IMG/VR virus record: IMGVR_UViG_3300037124_000019
Span: 1-42,555 of that record
Reading direction: 5' to 3' (one strand)
Origin: a virus
Lineage: Duplodnaviria; Caudoviricetes
Length of the DNA: 42,555 nucleotides
Shown here: in pieces, positions 24,499 to 34,177 of the stretch
Layout: every line of letters begins with the position of its first letter
How positions within the stretch are numbered: the first letter of the stretch is position 1
Program-made: the position numbers and the translations under genes
Notes under the pieces: model-generated
What the model saw: the letters and a program-made list of their open reading frames with translations, nothing else
Database searches by the model: none
What the model was told of the DNA's origin: nothing

Positions 24499-26789
24499 CT
24501 ACGATCGAGGAAAAATACCGAGCCAAATACGGCGCAACACGAGAGGCCGACGACCCAATCAGTCAAGAGATACAAGACGAGCTCGAATACGCAGACATGA
24601 TGACCTGGGCAACAGGTACTCAGGAAGAAAAGGCGCGAATTGCCATCAAGCACCTAGGCAATCGTCTGCAGGGTGGGCGAGCCGATTGGGATCGAAACGC
24701 CATAATGATAGGCGAAACGCAGATATTCCCGACTCGACCCATGATCGCAAAATGGGAGAATCGCTTACGGGAGGAACTTGGAAAGGAAGCCGAGAAATTT
24801 CCGGCTCTCGGTCCGGCGGTGCGGGCTGGTGCATCTATCCCCATAGCAGAATCAGCCCAGAGGAAGTATCTGGAAACCCAGGCTGGCGAGCTCGTAAAAA
24901 CTCCGGCTGGGGAAGTGGCCCTGACCCCAGAAGGACCGCGCCGTACCGATGAGCCACCACGACTCGGTCAGGCCGTTCTCATGACGGCCATGCCGGCGCT
25001 GACCTGGGCCGCGCCAATTGTCGCAGAGTTGATCGACCCAGGGACCATTCGGGAGACCATCTCCGACGTGGCGGACATCGCCGGCCCAGCGATAGAGGTA
25101 GCCCCCCAGGCCGCCGCCACCGCTCTCGCTACTCGAGGCGGAGCTGGCGCCCTTGGCCGAGCTGCCATCGAAGGCGCTGGGGGCGCCGTCGGAACCCTCG
25201 CGCGTCGCGCCGTATCAGAAGCGATCCAACCAGGCGAGGATATTGGCCTGGGCGAGACAGCGATGGCGGCCGGTACCGCGGCCGGTATGGGGGCAGGGGC
25301 TGAGCTGGCCACCTCAGGCGCAGCAAGAGCGCTGACAGCGCCGCGTAGGATGGCCATCGAAAGCATGACAGGCAGGGGCCTCAGCTCCAAAGCCGAAACC
25401 GAAGCGCTCGATACCGTCATGCGAGAGATGGGGGTCGAGCTCGACCCGGCACTCCTAAGCCTGAGCGAGCAAGGCGCGCTGATGACGCGCATGCTTCGAC
25501 GGATGCCAGGTGGTGCTGATGCGTGGATGAGAAAGGACGTCCAAAACATTCTGGTCCAGAACAGATTTTTGGACCGGTACATCGATGCTCAGCTCGGCAA
25601 GGCTGGTGCCAATTTAGACCGCACAGTCAACTCTGTGGCCGCAGCTGTCACAAAGCAGGACCAGCTACTGCGCAAGCAGCAACTCAAAATGTTCTCCGAT
25701 GCGATGGACTCAGCCCAAAGCAAGGTTGTCGGGCGTCAACTCGAGTTCGGCAACCTACTCGATACCATCCAGGATCTCGAGGTCAACAGCGGTCTCGATA
25801 TGTCCAAATTCATTCGTGATCTGGACAAATACCAGAATGTCGACGGTGCACCAAGAATGAGCATTGCCGAGATGCAGAGAAAACTCTCTGATTTCGGCAA
25901 AGGGATAGCGCCTGATTTCACCAGTGATGCAGGGGTTAAGCATCACGTAATGGGAAGGCTCAAAGGTGCGCTTCTCGATGACCTGAGAACTGCAGCTGAA
26001 AACCCAGCCTTCGCCGGAGCTGCTCAAGACCTACTGAAGGCCCGCCACACCTACCACGTGATGCAGGCCGAGATTGATACCCAAAAGACACGGCTGGCCC
26101 GCAAAATCCTCGGGTTGAAAAAGGACCAAGGGCTAGAGAATTTACCGTCTGAACTGCTGGGCAAGAAATTCTCCGACCGTCAAGTCAAGCTGTTGGGAAA
26201 GACCTTAGGCAAATTGGCCCCAAGAACAAAACAGCGCCTAGTGCGCGAGATGTGGAATGAAGCGCTATCAAAGGCAGGGGTGACCAGGACTACTCTCAGG
26301 GGGAAGCAGGTGGCCGAAGCTGCACGTGCCCTGGAAGAACCACAATTGGCTCGCCGGCCGGCGGCTGTGGCCAAAATCATCGATGACATCAAGCCACGCT
26401 TGGAATTGCTCCACGGCGCCCCTTTAGATGAGCTCGACCGGATCCAAGACGGGTTCGAGAGGCTATCGCTCATCGACGAAGCGCTACGGCAGTCTCCGAC
26501 GGCGCCCCTATTGGCCGCCGACAAGCTCATAAAAAGCGCTCACAACTTGATTCTAAACCCAGGTGAGTCATTGCCTGAGTTGGCAGTGTATGGGTATCGC
26601 AAGAGACTAACAGCGGCGATGACAAATCCAAATGGGAGTCAAGCACTGGCCACCATGGTCAACCCACCAAAAGACGCGGACGCTAGGACGATATCCAACG
26701 CTCTGCAAACCTTAATGGGTGTCATCTCTAGAGATCGATTACTATTTGGCGAAGACGAACAACCTGGACCTCTTGGAGTAAGTCAATGA
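24495..26789 (+). CDS. Putative DNA ejection protein 3
   Basis: Large helical protein with Gly/Ala hydrophobic segments; synteny. Confidence 0.65.
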   Translation: MTTIEEKYRAKYGATREADDPISQEIQDELEYADMMTWATGTQEEKARIAIKHLGNRLQGGRADWDRNAIMIGETQIFPTRPMIAKWENRLREELGKEAEKFPALGPAVRAGASIPIAESAQRKYLETQAGELVKTPAGEVALTPEGPRRTDEPPRLGQAVLMTAMPALTWAAPIVAELIDPGTIRETISDVADIAGPAIEVAPQAAATALATRGGAGALGRAAIEGAGGAVGTLARRAVSEAIQPGEDIGLGETAMAAGTAAGMGAGAELATSGAARALTAPRRMAIESMTGRGLSSKAETEALDTVMREMGVELDPALLSLSEQGALMTRMLRRMPGGADAWMRKDVQNILVQNRFLDRYIDAQLGKAGANLDRTVNSVAAAVTKQDQLLRKQQLKMFSDAMDSAQSKVVGRQLEFGNLLDTIQDLEVNSGLDMSKFIRDLDKYQNVDGAPRMSIAEMQRKLSDFGKGIAPDFTSDAGVKHHVMGRLKGALLDDLRTAAENPAFAGAAQDLLKARHTYHVMQAEIDTQKTRLARKILGLKKDQGLENLPSELLGKKFSDRQVKLLGKTLGKLAPRTKQRLVREMWNEALSKAGVTRTTLRGKQVAEAARALEEPQLARRPAAVAKIIDDIKPRLELLHGAPLDELDRIQDGFERLSLIDEALRQSPTAPLLAADKLIKSAHNLILNPGESLPELAVYGYRKRLTAAMTNPNGSQALATMVNPPKDADARTISNALQTLMGVISRDRLLFGEDEQPGPLGVSQ

Positions 26790-29293
26790 CCACTTTCCTG
26801 ACCGTAATCACCTCAGTATGTCTCAGTTCAAGTCTCCCGACCCTCAAGTACCGCGCGGTAGACAACGATGGTGAGCCGATAAGCGGGGCGCTGATGTACT
26901 TTTACGAGGCCGGTACTACCACACCGCTGGCCACCTACAGCGATGAAGATTTGTCGGTAGCCAATGCCAATCCAGTGGTCGCCGACGGCAACGGGTGGTT
27001 CGAAGAGATTTACCTACAGACCGACGAGCCGTACAGGGTCGTACTCAAAAGCTCTGACGGTGCCACAACGTATTTTACTGTGGACGACATAAACGCCACT
27101 CAGCTAACGAGCTCATCGCTAAGCCTACGATTAAAGCAGGTGGCAAGTAATCCGGTCGATTACGGTGCTGTGGGCGACGGCGTGGCAGATGAAACCTCCT
27201 ACGTACAGAGCGCTATCGATAACGCCACTGGCGTGGTCGATCTACTCGGCAAGACGTACCGTGTCGATAACACGTTGACATTGGACGTTGACAATTCTGG
27301 TATCATAATCAAAAATGGTACACTAGACTTTTCAAACTCGTCAGAAAGTGCATATATCGACATCGCCGGGACATCGAGTGGTTTAGCGTCATTAACAGCT
27401 GACGCCTCAGCTGGAGATTTGACAATCAGCTTAAACGGCGTGACAGGCCTAGATACAGGAGATTTTGCCCTCTTACAGTCTAACGTTGTATGGGGTGGCA
27501 GCGCTGTGACTGGCGAGATCGTCGAAGTTGATTCAATATCTGGCTACAACGTCACATTTAGAGAGCCAATAGAAGAGCCGTACACTGTTGCCACTTCGTC
27601 ATACCTTTCGTGGTATGATATTGTCGATAATATCGAATTTCTTAACGTAACCTTTATAGGTAACCCATCAGCTAGCGGCACCGGTGATATGATAAAAGCA
27701 CGAACCGTATCGAATTTGAAGATAACCAAATGTCATTTCAGTGGGTTTAAAAATTACGCTATAAATTTATACTCGATCGTTGTAAATGCTGTTATAGATA
27801 ATAATAGATTCGTCAACTCTGGTACATACGGGAAATCTCTTTTTGTAAGAGGGTCTTCATCCAATGTAGCATATACCAACAACACAGTTTCTAGAGTTAC
27901 CAATGGGTGTTTTTTCGGGTTCACTGGGGTCAATACATATGGCCAAGTAAGACACTCGGTAGCAAATGGAAATATATTTGAAGGAGTGACTAATGCTGTT
28001 AGATTCGAAGCCAATTCTCGACATATTGGTATTTCTGACAATGACATAACCTGCGATACGACTGGAGCCGGCGGTTCTGGTTCCGGTATTTACGTCGTTG
28101 GGATCGATTACAAAATCACAGGGAATAAAATACGTAAGGCTGGCGGTTATGGCCTCACTGTGTTAACTAATGTGAGCCCAACAATTTCTGATTCTAGAAG
28201 TCTTATTCTCTCAAATGTGGTGAACGATCCTGGCAGTTATGGCATCTATCTCCAAGATACAGATAGCCAGTCAATCGAGATCAACAGCAACACCATACAC
28301 GGTTCCACTACTGGCATTCACATAGCTGGGCGCACTGGCGATACAATGATAAGCAACAATATCATACGAGAAAGCTCGGCTCACGGTATAAATTTGTCCG
28401 CCAACGACTACATTAATGTAGTTGGCAATATCATAGAGAATGCCTCTGCATCAACAGATTCTTGCATATATTCAATAGGTAGCTCTTACACTGTGATATC
28501 TTCTAATCGGCTTCACAGTGACGGCGGTTACGGCATTAATGGTGTTCTTACATATTCAAATATAGCATCGAATATCATAACTGATGCCGCTGAAGACGGA
28601 ATATCTCTACGAGCCAATTCGTCGTATACGGTAGTGTCTAGCAACTACGTATTTGGCACAACAGCCTCTGTTTACGTAGACGATACCTCTAATGTCACTA
28701 TTTCTGGAAATCTTTTACGCGAGCAGATAGAGATAGACGGTGTTAACAATCGTTTTTCAATATCATCAAACACGATATATTTAGTCGGCAATGACGCGTC
28801 CGCAATTTATGCCAACGCAAGTTCTGAGCTCAACCATGCGACTATCTCCGGAAATCTGATATATGGAGTAGAAGACGCTGCTGGTTACGGCATAAATCTA
28901 GTTCATGGCGATGACATTACTATAACTGGCAATACAATCCGTCGTAACGATAGCACTGCACCATCGATTAATTTGGCTGGAGATGGCGCTGGCGCCATAG
29001 ATAACGTCATTATTTCCGGCAATGTCTTCGACAATGGGTCATACGTAATCGGCGAAGCTACCGACGCCAATGCCACAAATGTTTACGTAGGCGTGAATAG
29101 ACTGGATAATATCCTAACTGGTTACGCCCAGGGGACTGTCACCTCAGACACTTCTGTGGGATCCGGCGCAAACACAGCTTGCTCGACGACATGCGGCACT
29201 GATCCATGTTTGGCAGGGTTTGACACCGGTGCCTCTGTTTTCGTAACATGCAGCGATGCCACGGCAGATACTTGTCTGTGTCATGGTGGCTAG
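26786..29293 (+). CDS. Tailspike: N-terminal virion anchor, right-handed beta-helix, Cys-rich C-terminus
   Basis: G.P..GA..YFYEAGTTTP..TYSD anchor; DYGAVGDGVAD; many I.GN.I repeats; AT-rich core. Confidence 0.9.
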   Translation: MTTFLTVITSVCLSSSLPTLKYRAVDNDGEPISGALMYFYEAGTTTPLATYSDEDLSVANANPVVADGNGWFEEIYLQTDEPYRVVLKSSDGATTYFTVDDINATQLTSSSLSLRLKQVASNPVDYGAVGDGVADETSYVQSAIDNATGVVDLLGKTYRVDNTLTLDVDNSGIIIKNGTLDFSNSSESAYIDIAGTSSGLASLTADASAGDLTISLNGVTGLDTGDFALLQSNVVWGGSAVTGEIVEVDSISGYNVTFREPIEEPYTVATSSYLSWYDIVDNIEFLNVTFIGNPSASGTGDMIKARTVSNLKITKCHFSGFKNYAINLYSIVVNAVIDNNRFVNSGTYGKSLFVRGSSSNVAYTNNTVSRVTNGCFFGFTGVNTYGQVRHSVANGNIFEGVTNAVRFEANSRHIGISDNDITCDTTGAGGSGSGIYVVGIDYKITGNKIRKAGGYGLTVLTNVSPTISDSRSLILSNVVNDPGSYGIYLQDTDSQSIEINSNTIHGSTTGIHIAGRTGDTMISNNIIRESSAHGINLSANDYINVVGNIIENASASTDSCIYSIGSSYTVISSNRLHSDGGYGINGVLTYSNIASNIITDAAEDGISLRANSSYTVVSSNYVFGTTASVYVDDTSNVTISGNLLREQIEIDGVNNRFSISSNTIYLVGNDASAIYANASSELNHATISGNLIYGVEDAAGYGINLVHGDDITITGNTIRRNDSTAPSINLAGDGAGAIDNVIISGNVFDNGSYVIGEATDANATNVYVGVNRLDNILTGYAQGTVTSDTSVGSGANTACSTTCGTDPCLAGFDTGASVFVTCSDATADTCLCHGG

Positions 29294-29304
29294 GAGGATT
29301 TACA

Positions 29305-29784
29305 ATGCGCGCTATTATCTTTTCTATATTCCTTCTATGTCCTGTCGTCGCCGGTGCATCGTTGATGACTCAAAAACTTCGGGTTGGCAGCCAAGAGGTT
29401 CTGAGTGTTTTTGACACAGCGAAAACCAACGACTACAACATCATAGAGGACGCTGCCACAAACGGCTCGCCATCAGTCACCATACCGCTCGACATGGCAT
29501 GGGAAAAACTGCGCGTTTGGGTTTTCGTCACGTACGCCGCTAATACTTACGTGACCGTCGCTCTGTCGTGTTCACGTGATGGTACGAATTCAGGAGCGGT
29601 CCAGACCCGCAAGATAGAAGATGGCACGGCGACGCTCAGCGACCTGACCGACCGAAAGAATCTCGTCGTATCCGACAGGGACTATATGGTCGAGTACGAC
29701 GTCAGGGGTTGCATGACGGCGACGCTTACGTTAGGTGGAGACAACACCGACGTGGCTAACCTCCAAGCGGTAGCGGTGAGGTGA
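29305..29784 (+). CDS. Beta-rich protein with Sec-type signal peptide
   Basis: RBS AGGAGG; MRAIIFSIFLLCPVVAGA. Confidence 0.7.
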   Translation: MRAIIFSIFLLCPVVAGASLMTQKLRVGSQEVLSVFDTAKTNDYNIIEDAATNGSPSVTIPLDMAWEKLRVWVFVTYAANTYVTVALSCSRDGTNSGAVQTRKIEDGTATLSDLTDRKNLVVSDRDYMVEYDVRGCMTATLTLGGDNTDVANLQAVAVR

Positions 29785-29787
29785 CTC

Positions 29788-31086
29788 GTGGATATACTCT
29801 TCGCACTTGCTCTCATTTTCCCTTCCAATCAAATTGGCGAGTCCGGCAGCTGGGGGCTAGTAGAGTTCAGCTCCGGGGGCGAGTACGACCTGGATGGCGA
29901 CTGCCTGAAATTCGATGAATCAGGAGACCCGAATACCTATTTGTGCCCGAGTGCCGCCGATGAGGTGACGCTGACTTGCGGCGGGGTCGATGTGTGGGTC
30001 TGCAACGCGTCGGGTTGCGATCTGGCGGGAGAGCTCGGCGCGGTGACGTCGCTGGATGCTACTACACTCGCTACTGTCGTCGCAGCTATTAGCAGCAATG
30101 GTTCCGAGTACGATGATGACGTGGCAGTGTGCTTCGGGGACGATGATGATTTCTGCGTCGAGCACGATACGGACGGCTCCCCGGACGGTCTGCGACTCAC
30201 TCAAGCGGACTGCGACGGTAGCGCGTGCAACCCGTTGGAGTTTTATAAGAGCGGTGGGGATAATGCAATTGCAATGCGGGCGAGCTCATTTACCAACCCG
30301 GACGGTAAAATGACATTCGGAGCCGCTGCTGCATCTGGTCACTCTTTAGGTGCAAATGATTCGCATTTTACTGGTAACAAGTTTGAGGTTGATGGGGTTG
30401 CATATTTCAACGATGATGTGAATATGTCAAAAAATATAATAATGGGATCATTACGTTACATTATTGGTCCTTACGGGAGCGGTTTGTTAGTTTCTAACAC
30501 ATATCAGACGAATGAAGGCGTCTCTATACTTACCGTCAATGGAAACTACGTACTAATAAGCGAATATGCAGATAGATCAATTAACTTCAATCATGCTGTT
30601 CAGACAGACCCGCCAATTTTTGGTCATTCTGCGGATGAAACAGACATCACTCAGTTTTTCTCTTTGAAATGGAACCGCCTAGCCCTGGGAGGTGACGGCG
30701 GCGGCCTTGGATGCATCAACCAGACTTTTGCCTACGATGACTTCACGGATGGCGGCGGGTTAGTTGGAACTCTCGTACTCGATGAAGGCATCCCGGACGG
30801 TGCGGTTGTGCAACGTTCTCTTTTGCACAGTTTGACTGGATTTACCGGTGGCGCTAACACAACGGCGACCGCCCAGATAGGCGACGGTACTGACGCAGAC
30901 AGATACACCACAGGCACACCAAGCATCTACACGACCAATGCAAGTGGTGTCGATCTCGGCGTCCCGTCCGGTACAGCCTGGCATGACGACGCAAAGAGTG
31001 TGACTGTCACCGCCACAGTCGATAATGATTGGAGCACAATTGCAGCTGGGGAAGCAACCGTAGCAGTCTGCTATTGGACACCTTGA
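29788..31086 (+). CDS. Acidic Cys-rich tail-fibre/decoration-like protein with hydrophobic N-terminus
   Basis: RBS GAGGTG; beta-rich; C-terminal IP.GAVV...F.GG...TA.IGDGTD.DRY module. Confidence 0.65.
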   Translation: MDILFALALIFPSNQIGESGSWGLVEFSSGGEYDLDGDCLKFDESGDPNTYLCPSAADEVTLTCGGVDVWVCNASGCDLAGELGAVTSLDATTLATVVAAISSNGSEYDDDVAVCFGDDDDFCVEHDTDGSPDGLRLTQADCDGSACNPLEFYKSGGDNAIAMRASSFTNPDGKMTFGAAAASGHSLGANDSHFTGNKFEVDGVAYFNDDVNMSKNIIMGSLRYIIGPYGSGLLVSNTYQTNEGVSILTVNGNYVLISEYADRSINFNHAVQTDPPIFGHSADETDITQFFSLKWNRLALGGDGGGLGCINQTFAYDDFTDGGGLVGTLVLDEGIPDGAVVQRSLLHSLTGFTGGANTTATAQIGDGTDADRYTTGTPSIYTTNASGVDLGVPSGTAWHDDAKSVTVTATVDNDWSTIAAGEATVAVCYWTP

Positions 31087-31101
31087 CGCAGAGGATTTGA
31101 C

Positions 31102-31413
31102 ATGACAGGAAAAATCATCGCATTGATCGCAGGTATTATGCTGGGTGGGATTTCGGCTAATGTACCTAAGACCTTCTCTTTATCTCTCGATAATTCCGGA
31201 GCAGTAGCACAAGCGCTGTGGAATTGGATTGAGACACGCAGTTGCGGTTCTTTCGATACCGCCTATGGGCTGTCAGCGGGCACGTGCGCTACGCTAATGG
31301 ACCCATGCATTGCCGGGACGGTCTTCTCTGCTACGTGCAACGGCACCACGAATCAGACGGATATGTCTGTCTCGTACAACCCGCCCGGACAATTCGAAGT
31401 GACCGTCCCTTAG
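31102..31413 (+). CDS. Small protein with signal peptide and 4 Cys
   Basis: MTGKIIALIAGIMLGGISA. Confidence 0.7.
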   Translation: MTGKIIALIAGIMLGGISANVPKTFSLSLDNSGAVAQALWNWIETRSCGSFDTAYGLSAGTCATLMDPCIAGTVFSATCNGTTNQTDMSVSYNPPGQFEVTVP

Positions 31414-31423
31414 GAGTAGAGAA

Positions 31424-31669
31424 GTGGCAGTACGAAGCAAAGGTCTGAAGTGGTGGGGGGCTGGTATCGGTATCTTCACGACGCTGCTTGGGGGATCGAT
31501 TGCCGGGTTTACGCTCTGTGACAGAGTCAACGCGGCGGATCCGTGGTCGGCCCGAAAAGAGATCGACAATCTCGACGCGCGTGTGACGGTCATCGAGGAT
31601 AGCCAAGCGGAGATCAAAGGGATGCTTCACGCAGTCGTCGAAGCTACCGGTGCCAAGTACGAAGATTGA
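31424..31669 (+). CDS. Single-TM coiled-coil protein (lysis-associated?)
   Basis: RBS AGGAG; N-terminal TM followed by a heptad pattern. Confidence 0.65.
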   Translation: MAVRSKGLKWWGAGIGIFTTLLGGSIAGFTLCDRVNAADPWSARKEIDNLDARVTVIEDSQAEIKGMLHAVVEATGAKYED

Positions 31670-31694
31670 CGTCATAGAATAGATCGGGTACTAT
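31666..31694 (+). promoter_or_regulatory. Sigma70-type promoter before the endolysin
   Basis: TTGACG-N17-TACTAT. Confidence 0.65.
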
Positions 31695-31714
31695 TTGTTT
31701 CAGCAGGAGTTCGT

Positions 31715-32320
31715 ATGTCAATGCCAGCCAGCCCCGAGCTCATCAATTCTACGTGGGCCTGTTATACTCCAGGATTTGGTAAACTACATCTCCCAGTTAA
31801 TTTCGTAGTTATTCACCGCCTCAGTTTGGAGCGAAAAACAGTAGCCAACCCGATACCCGTATCTGATGATCGTCTGGACGCTCGCTCTGTAAGTAGGGTT
31901 TTTTCCAACCCGGCCATGTGTACAGGTGGTAGAGTTCCATACCACGTACTCATTCGCAAGGACTGTCGCGTAGAGCAAATGCTTCCACTACTGGTGCGTG
32001 GTGCCCACGCGAGAAAATGGAATGCTAGTTCTTGGGCAATTGCTGTGGTTGGAGACTACAACAAGGAAGATATGCCACCAGGGATTAGATTGCTCACCTG
32101 TCAAATAGCATCGGTACTCAGCGTGATTTCCAACATGGGTATGTTTGGTCACTCAGAATTGCCAGAATCCTCCACCGATCCAGGAAAGCATTGCCCAGGG
32201 ATTCGTGTTGGTATGGATTCAATAAGACGAGATACTGCTGCCTTGAAGCCTACAGGATATCGTCACTGGATTCTCGAACAACGGCTCCGGCACATTACCA
32301 AGGCCGGCTTTTCATTGTAA
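31715..32320 (+). CDS. N-acetylmuramoyl-L-alanine amidase (Amidase_2) endolysin
   Basis: VVIH, PYHVLI, GAHA..WN..S..I...GDY, GHSE and K.CPG zinc-ligand motifs. Confidence 0.9.
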   Translation: MSMPASPELINSTWACYTPGFGKLHLPVNFVVIHRLSLERKTVANPIPVSDDRLDARSVSRVFSNPAMCTGGRVPYHVLIRKDCRVEQMLPLLVRGAHARKWNASSWAIAVVGDYNKEDMPPGIRLLTCQIASVLSVISNMGMFGHSELPESSTDPGKHCPGIRVGMDSIRRDTAALKPTGYRHWILEQRLRHITKAGFSL

Positions 32321-32332
32321 AAAGGAGCTATC

Positions 32333-32587
32333 ATGGATACGAAACCGGGCTGGAAGACGACCGAGTTTTGGCTGTCGTTCCTAGCTATTCTGGCCGGCGC
32401 GGTTATGGCGTCAGGCATTCTCGACTCTCTCGGCAATGACCACTGGGCAGTCAAGGCCGTAGGTCTAATCGTTACGATTCTTTCCGCGATTGGCTACACG
32501 GCACAGCGAGGTATCGTAAAAGCATCGACGGTCAAAGCAAACTCGCTCAAGTCGCTTGCGGCCGAGGCCAAAAAGGACCCTCGCTAG
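32333..32587 (+). CDS. Holin-like protein, two TM helices
   Basis: KPGWKTTEFW N-terminus, two TMs, basic tail; follows the endolysin. Confidence 0.8.
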   Translation: MDTKPGWKTTEFWLSFLAILAGAVMASGILDSLGNDHWAVKAVGLIVTILSAIGYTAQRGIVKASTVKANSLKSLAAEAKKDPR

Positions 32588-32619
32588 GCCCGAGGCTGCT
32601 CGAGACAGTTAGCCCGAGA

Positions 32620-32826
32620 TTGGACCGCACCGAACGTCTCTCCCCCGGACACGGTGCGGTCAATCTCGGGCTCATTGCCGCCGAAGACAAGATAGGCGCA
32701 GTCGTGGGTCTTGACGCTCGACTCTCCAAGTCGCTCAGCGCGTTCGCCGAGGCGAATGCTCTGTGGGACATCTACGGTAGGTCTCTTGACTACCAGGCGC
32801 TCGGAGGACTGAGATTCAGATGGTGA
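32620..32826 (+). CDS. Amphipathic beta-strand ORF, possibly the -1 frameshift extension of the holin
   Basis: Only a TTG start with no RBS; frame open from 32440; ends GGLRFRW. Confidence 0.5.
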   Translation: MDRTERLSPGHGAVNLGLIAAEDKIGAVVGLDARLSKSLSAFAEANALWDIYGRSLDYQALGGLRFRW

Positions 32827-33176
32827 TTGTCAGGACCAAAATTCTGCCGCCCGGGGCCGGGGCGTTCACCGCCTACCCGTTCATTTTCATCAACCCGAGG
32901 TACAGCGTACGGTCGACCATGCTCGAGCACGAGCGCGTTCACTACGAGCAACAGCGGCGGTGGGCGCTCTATGGGCTAGGAGTTGGTCTGTTGGCGTGGT
33001 TTTTGCTGTACCTGTTTTTCCTCCCGGTGTGGAAAAACCCGTTTCGCGATCGATGGGAGCGCGAGGCATACCACAAGGCACAAGGGTACAGCGACGAAGT
33101 GATCGACGCCATCCTGGTCCGTCGGCCGTATTATCTCTGGTCGCTGAGGAAAGGTAAGTCACCGTGGGCGGTTTAG
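32820..33176 (+). CDS. Membrane-associated HExxH peptidase-like protein
   Basis: A.T.YPFIFI...LEHERVH..Q, a TM segment, NPF...WEREAY. Confidence 0.7.
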   Translation: MVIVRTKILPPGAGAFTAYPFIFINPRYSVRSTMLEHERVHYEQQRRWALYGLGVGLLAWFLLYLFFLPVWKNPFRDRWEREAYHKAQGYSDEVIDAILVRRPYYLWSLRKGKSPWAV

Positions 33177-34177
33177 ATCATGAACTGCGGGCGAAGGGGA
33201 TCGGATCCAGCGAAATTGCCATGCTGGTTATCGACGACAATGGCCAACCGCTGTCGCGATGGGGTGGGCCTCACAAGCTCTGGCGCATCAAAACCGGGGT
33301 CGAGATACCAGACGCGCGTGAAATCCCGTGGTTGGCCCGCGGACTGGCCCTAGAGCCCTGGATTTTGGCCCGGTACGCCGAGAAGACCGGCGCACGCTTG
33401 CGCAAATCGCCCGGGACCATCCAGCACAAGCGGTTTCAATACGTCGTCGACTCCGTCGATGCGATCGCATGGATGAACCACGACGGTAAGCTCCCAAGCA
33501 CGGCCGTAGAAGCGAAGGCGCCGCTGCACTTCCAATCTTTCCACTTCGGTGAGGAGGGGACTGACGAGATAGATCCGCAATACCTCGTCCAGGGAGCGTG
33601 GCACATGGGGACATGGGGTCTGCAGCGCTGCGACTACCCGGTGGACCTCGGTACCGGGGATATCAAAATCTTCTCGTCAACTCACGATGAAGAACTGTGG
33701 ATGTCCCTTGTGAGCGTCGCTGAGAAGTTCTGGGTCGACCACGTCGAGTCCGGGGTCCCCCCGCCACCAGATGCGACAAAGCAGACCTCAGATTGGCTCT
33801 CTCGACGCCTGAAGCAACGCGACCAAGACATCATCGATGCCGACGACGACATCGCCAAAAAGCTCCTCGAGATGCGCGAGCGGAAGATCGCGCTTTCCGC
33901 TGCCGCTGTGGAGTACGATAAGCTCGCCAACGAGATCAAAGCTGCGATCGGTGAGCACAAAGGAATTTGTTTGCCGGGTAACCCCAAAGCTCGGGTCACT
34001 TTCGGTGAGCAGAAGGGGCGCAGAACGTTCGATTACGAGGCATTCATCAGCGAGATCATCAAGCGGTACCTTCCGGAAAACGAGGCGCCGCCTGACCGAA
34101 AAGAGTTCTATGTACAGGGGAAGCCCTACCGGGTCTTCCGTACCAAAAACCTCATAGATATGGAGAACGAAAAGTGA
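33164..34177 (+). CDS. YqaJ-like (lambda exonuclease family) recombination nuclease
   Basis: R.KGIGSSE, G..LEP.I, S.D, EAK and Y.VQ..W.M motifs. Confidence 0.9.
   Translation: MGGLDHELRAKGIGSSEIAMLVIDDNGQPLSRWGGPHKLWRIKTGVEIPDAREIPWLARGLALEPWILARYAEKTGARLRKSPGTIQHKRFQYVVDSVDAIAWMNHDGKLPSTAVEAKAPLHFQSFHFGEEGTDEIDPQYLVQGAWHMGTWGLQRCDYPVDLGTGDIKIFSSTHDEELWMSLVSVAEKFWVDHVESGVPPPPDATKQTSDWLSRRLKQRDQDIIDADDDIAKKLLEMRERKIALSAAAVEYDKLANEIKAAIGEHKGICLPGNPKARVTFGEQKGRRTFDYEAFISEIIKRYLPENEAPPDRKEFYVQGKPYRVFRTKNLIDMENEK

Noticed and set aside
26786-31086. Diversity-generating retroelement acting on tail genes
   Set aside because: No reverse transcriptase ORF and no template/variable repeat pair seen.
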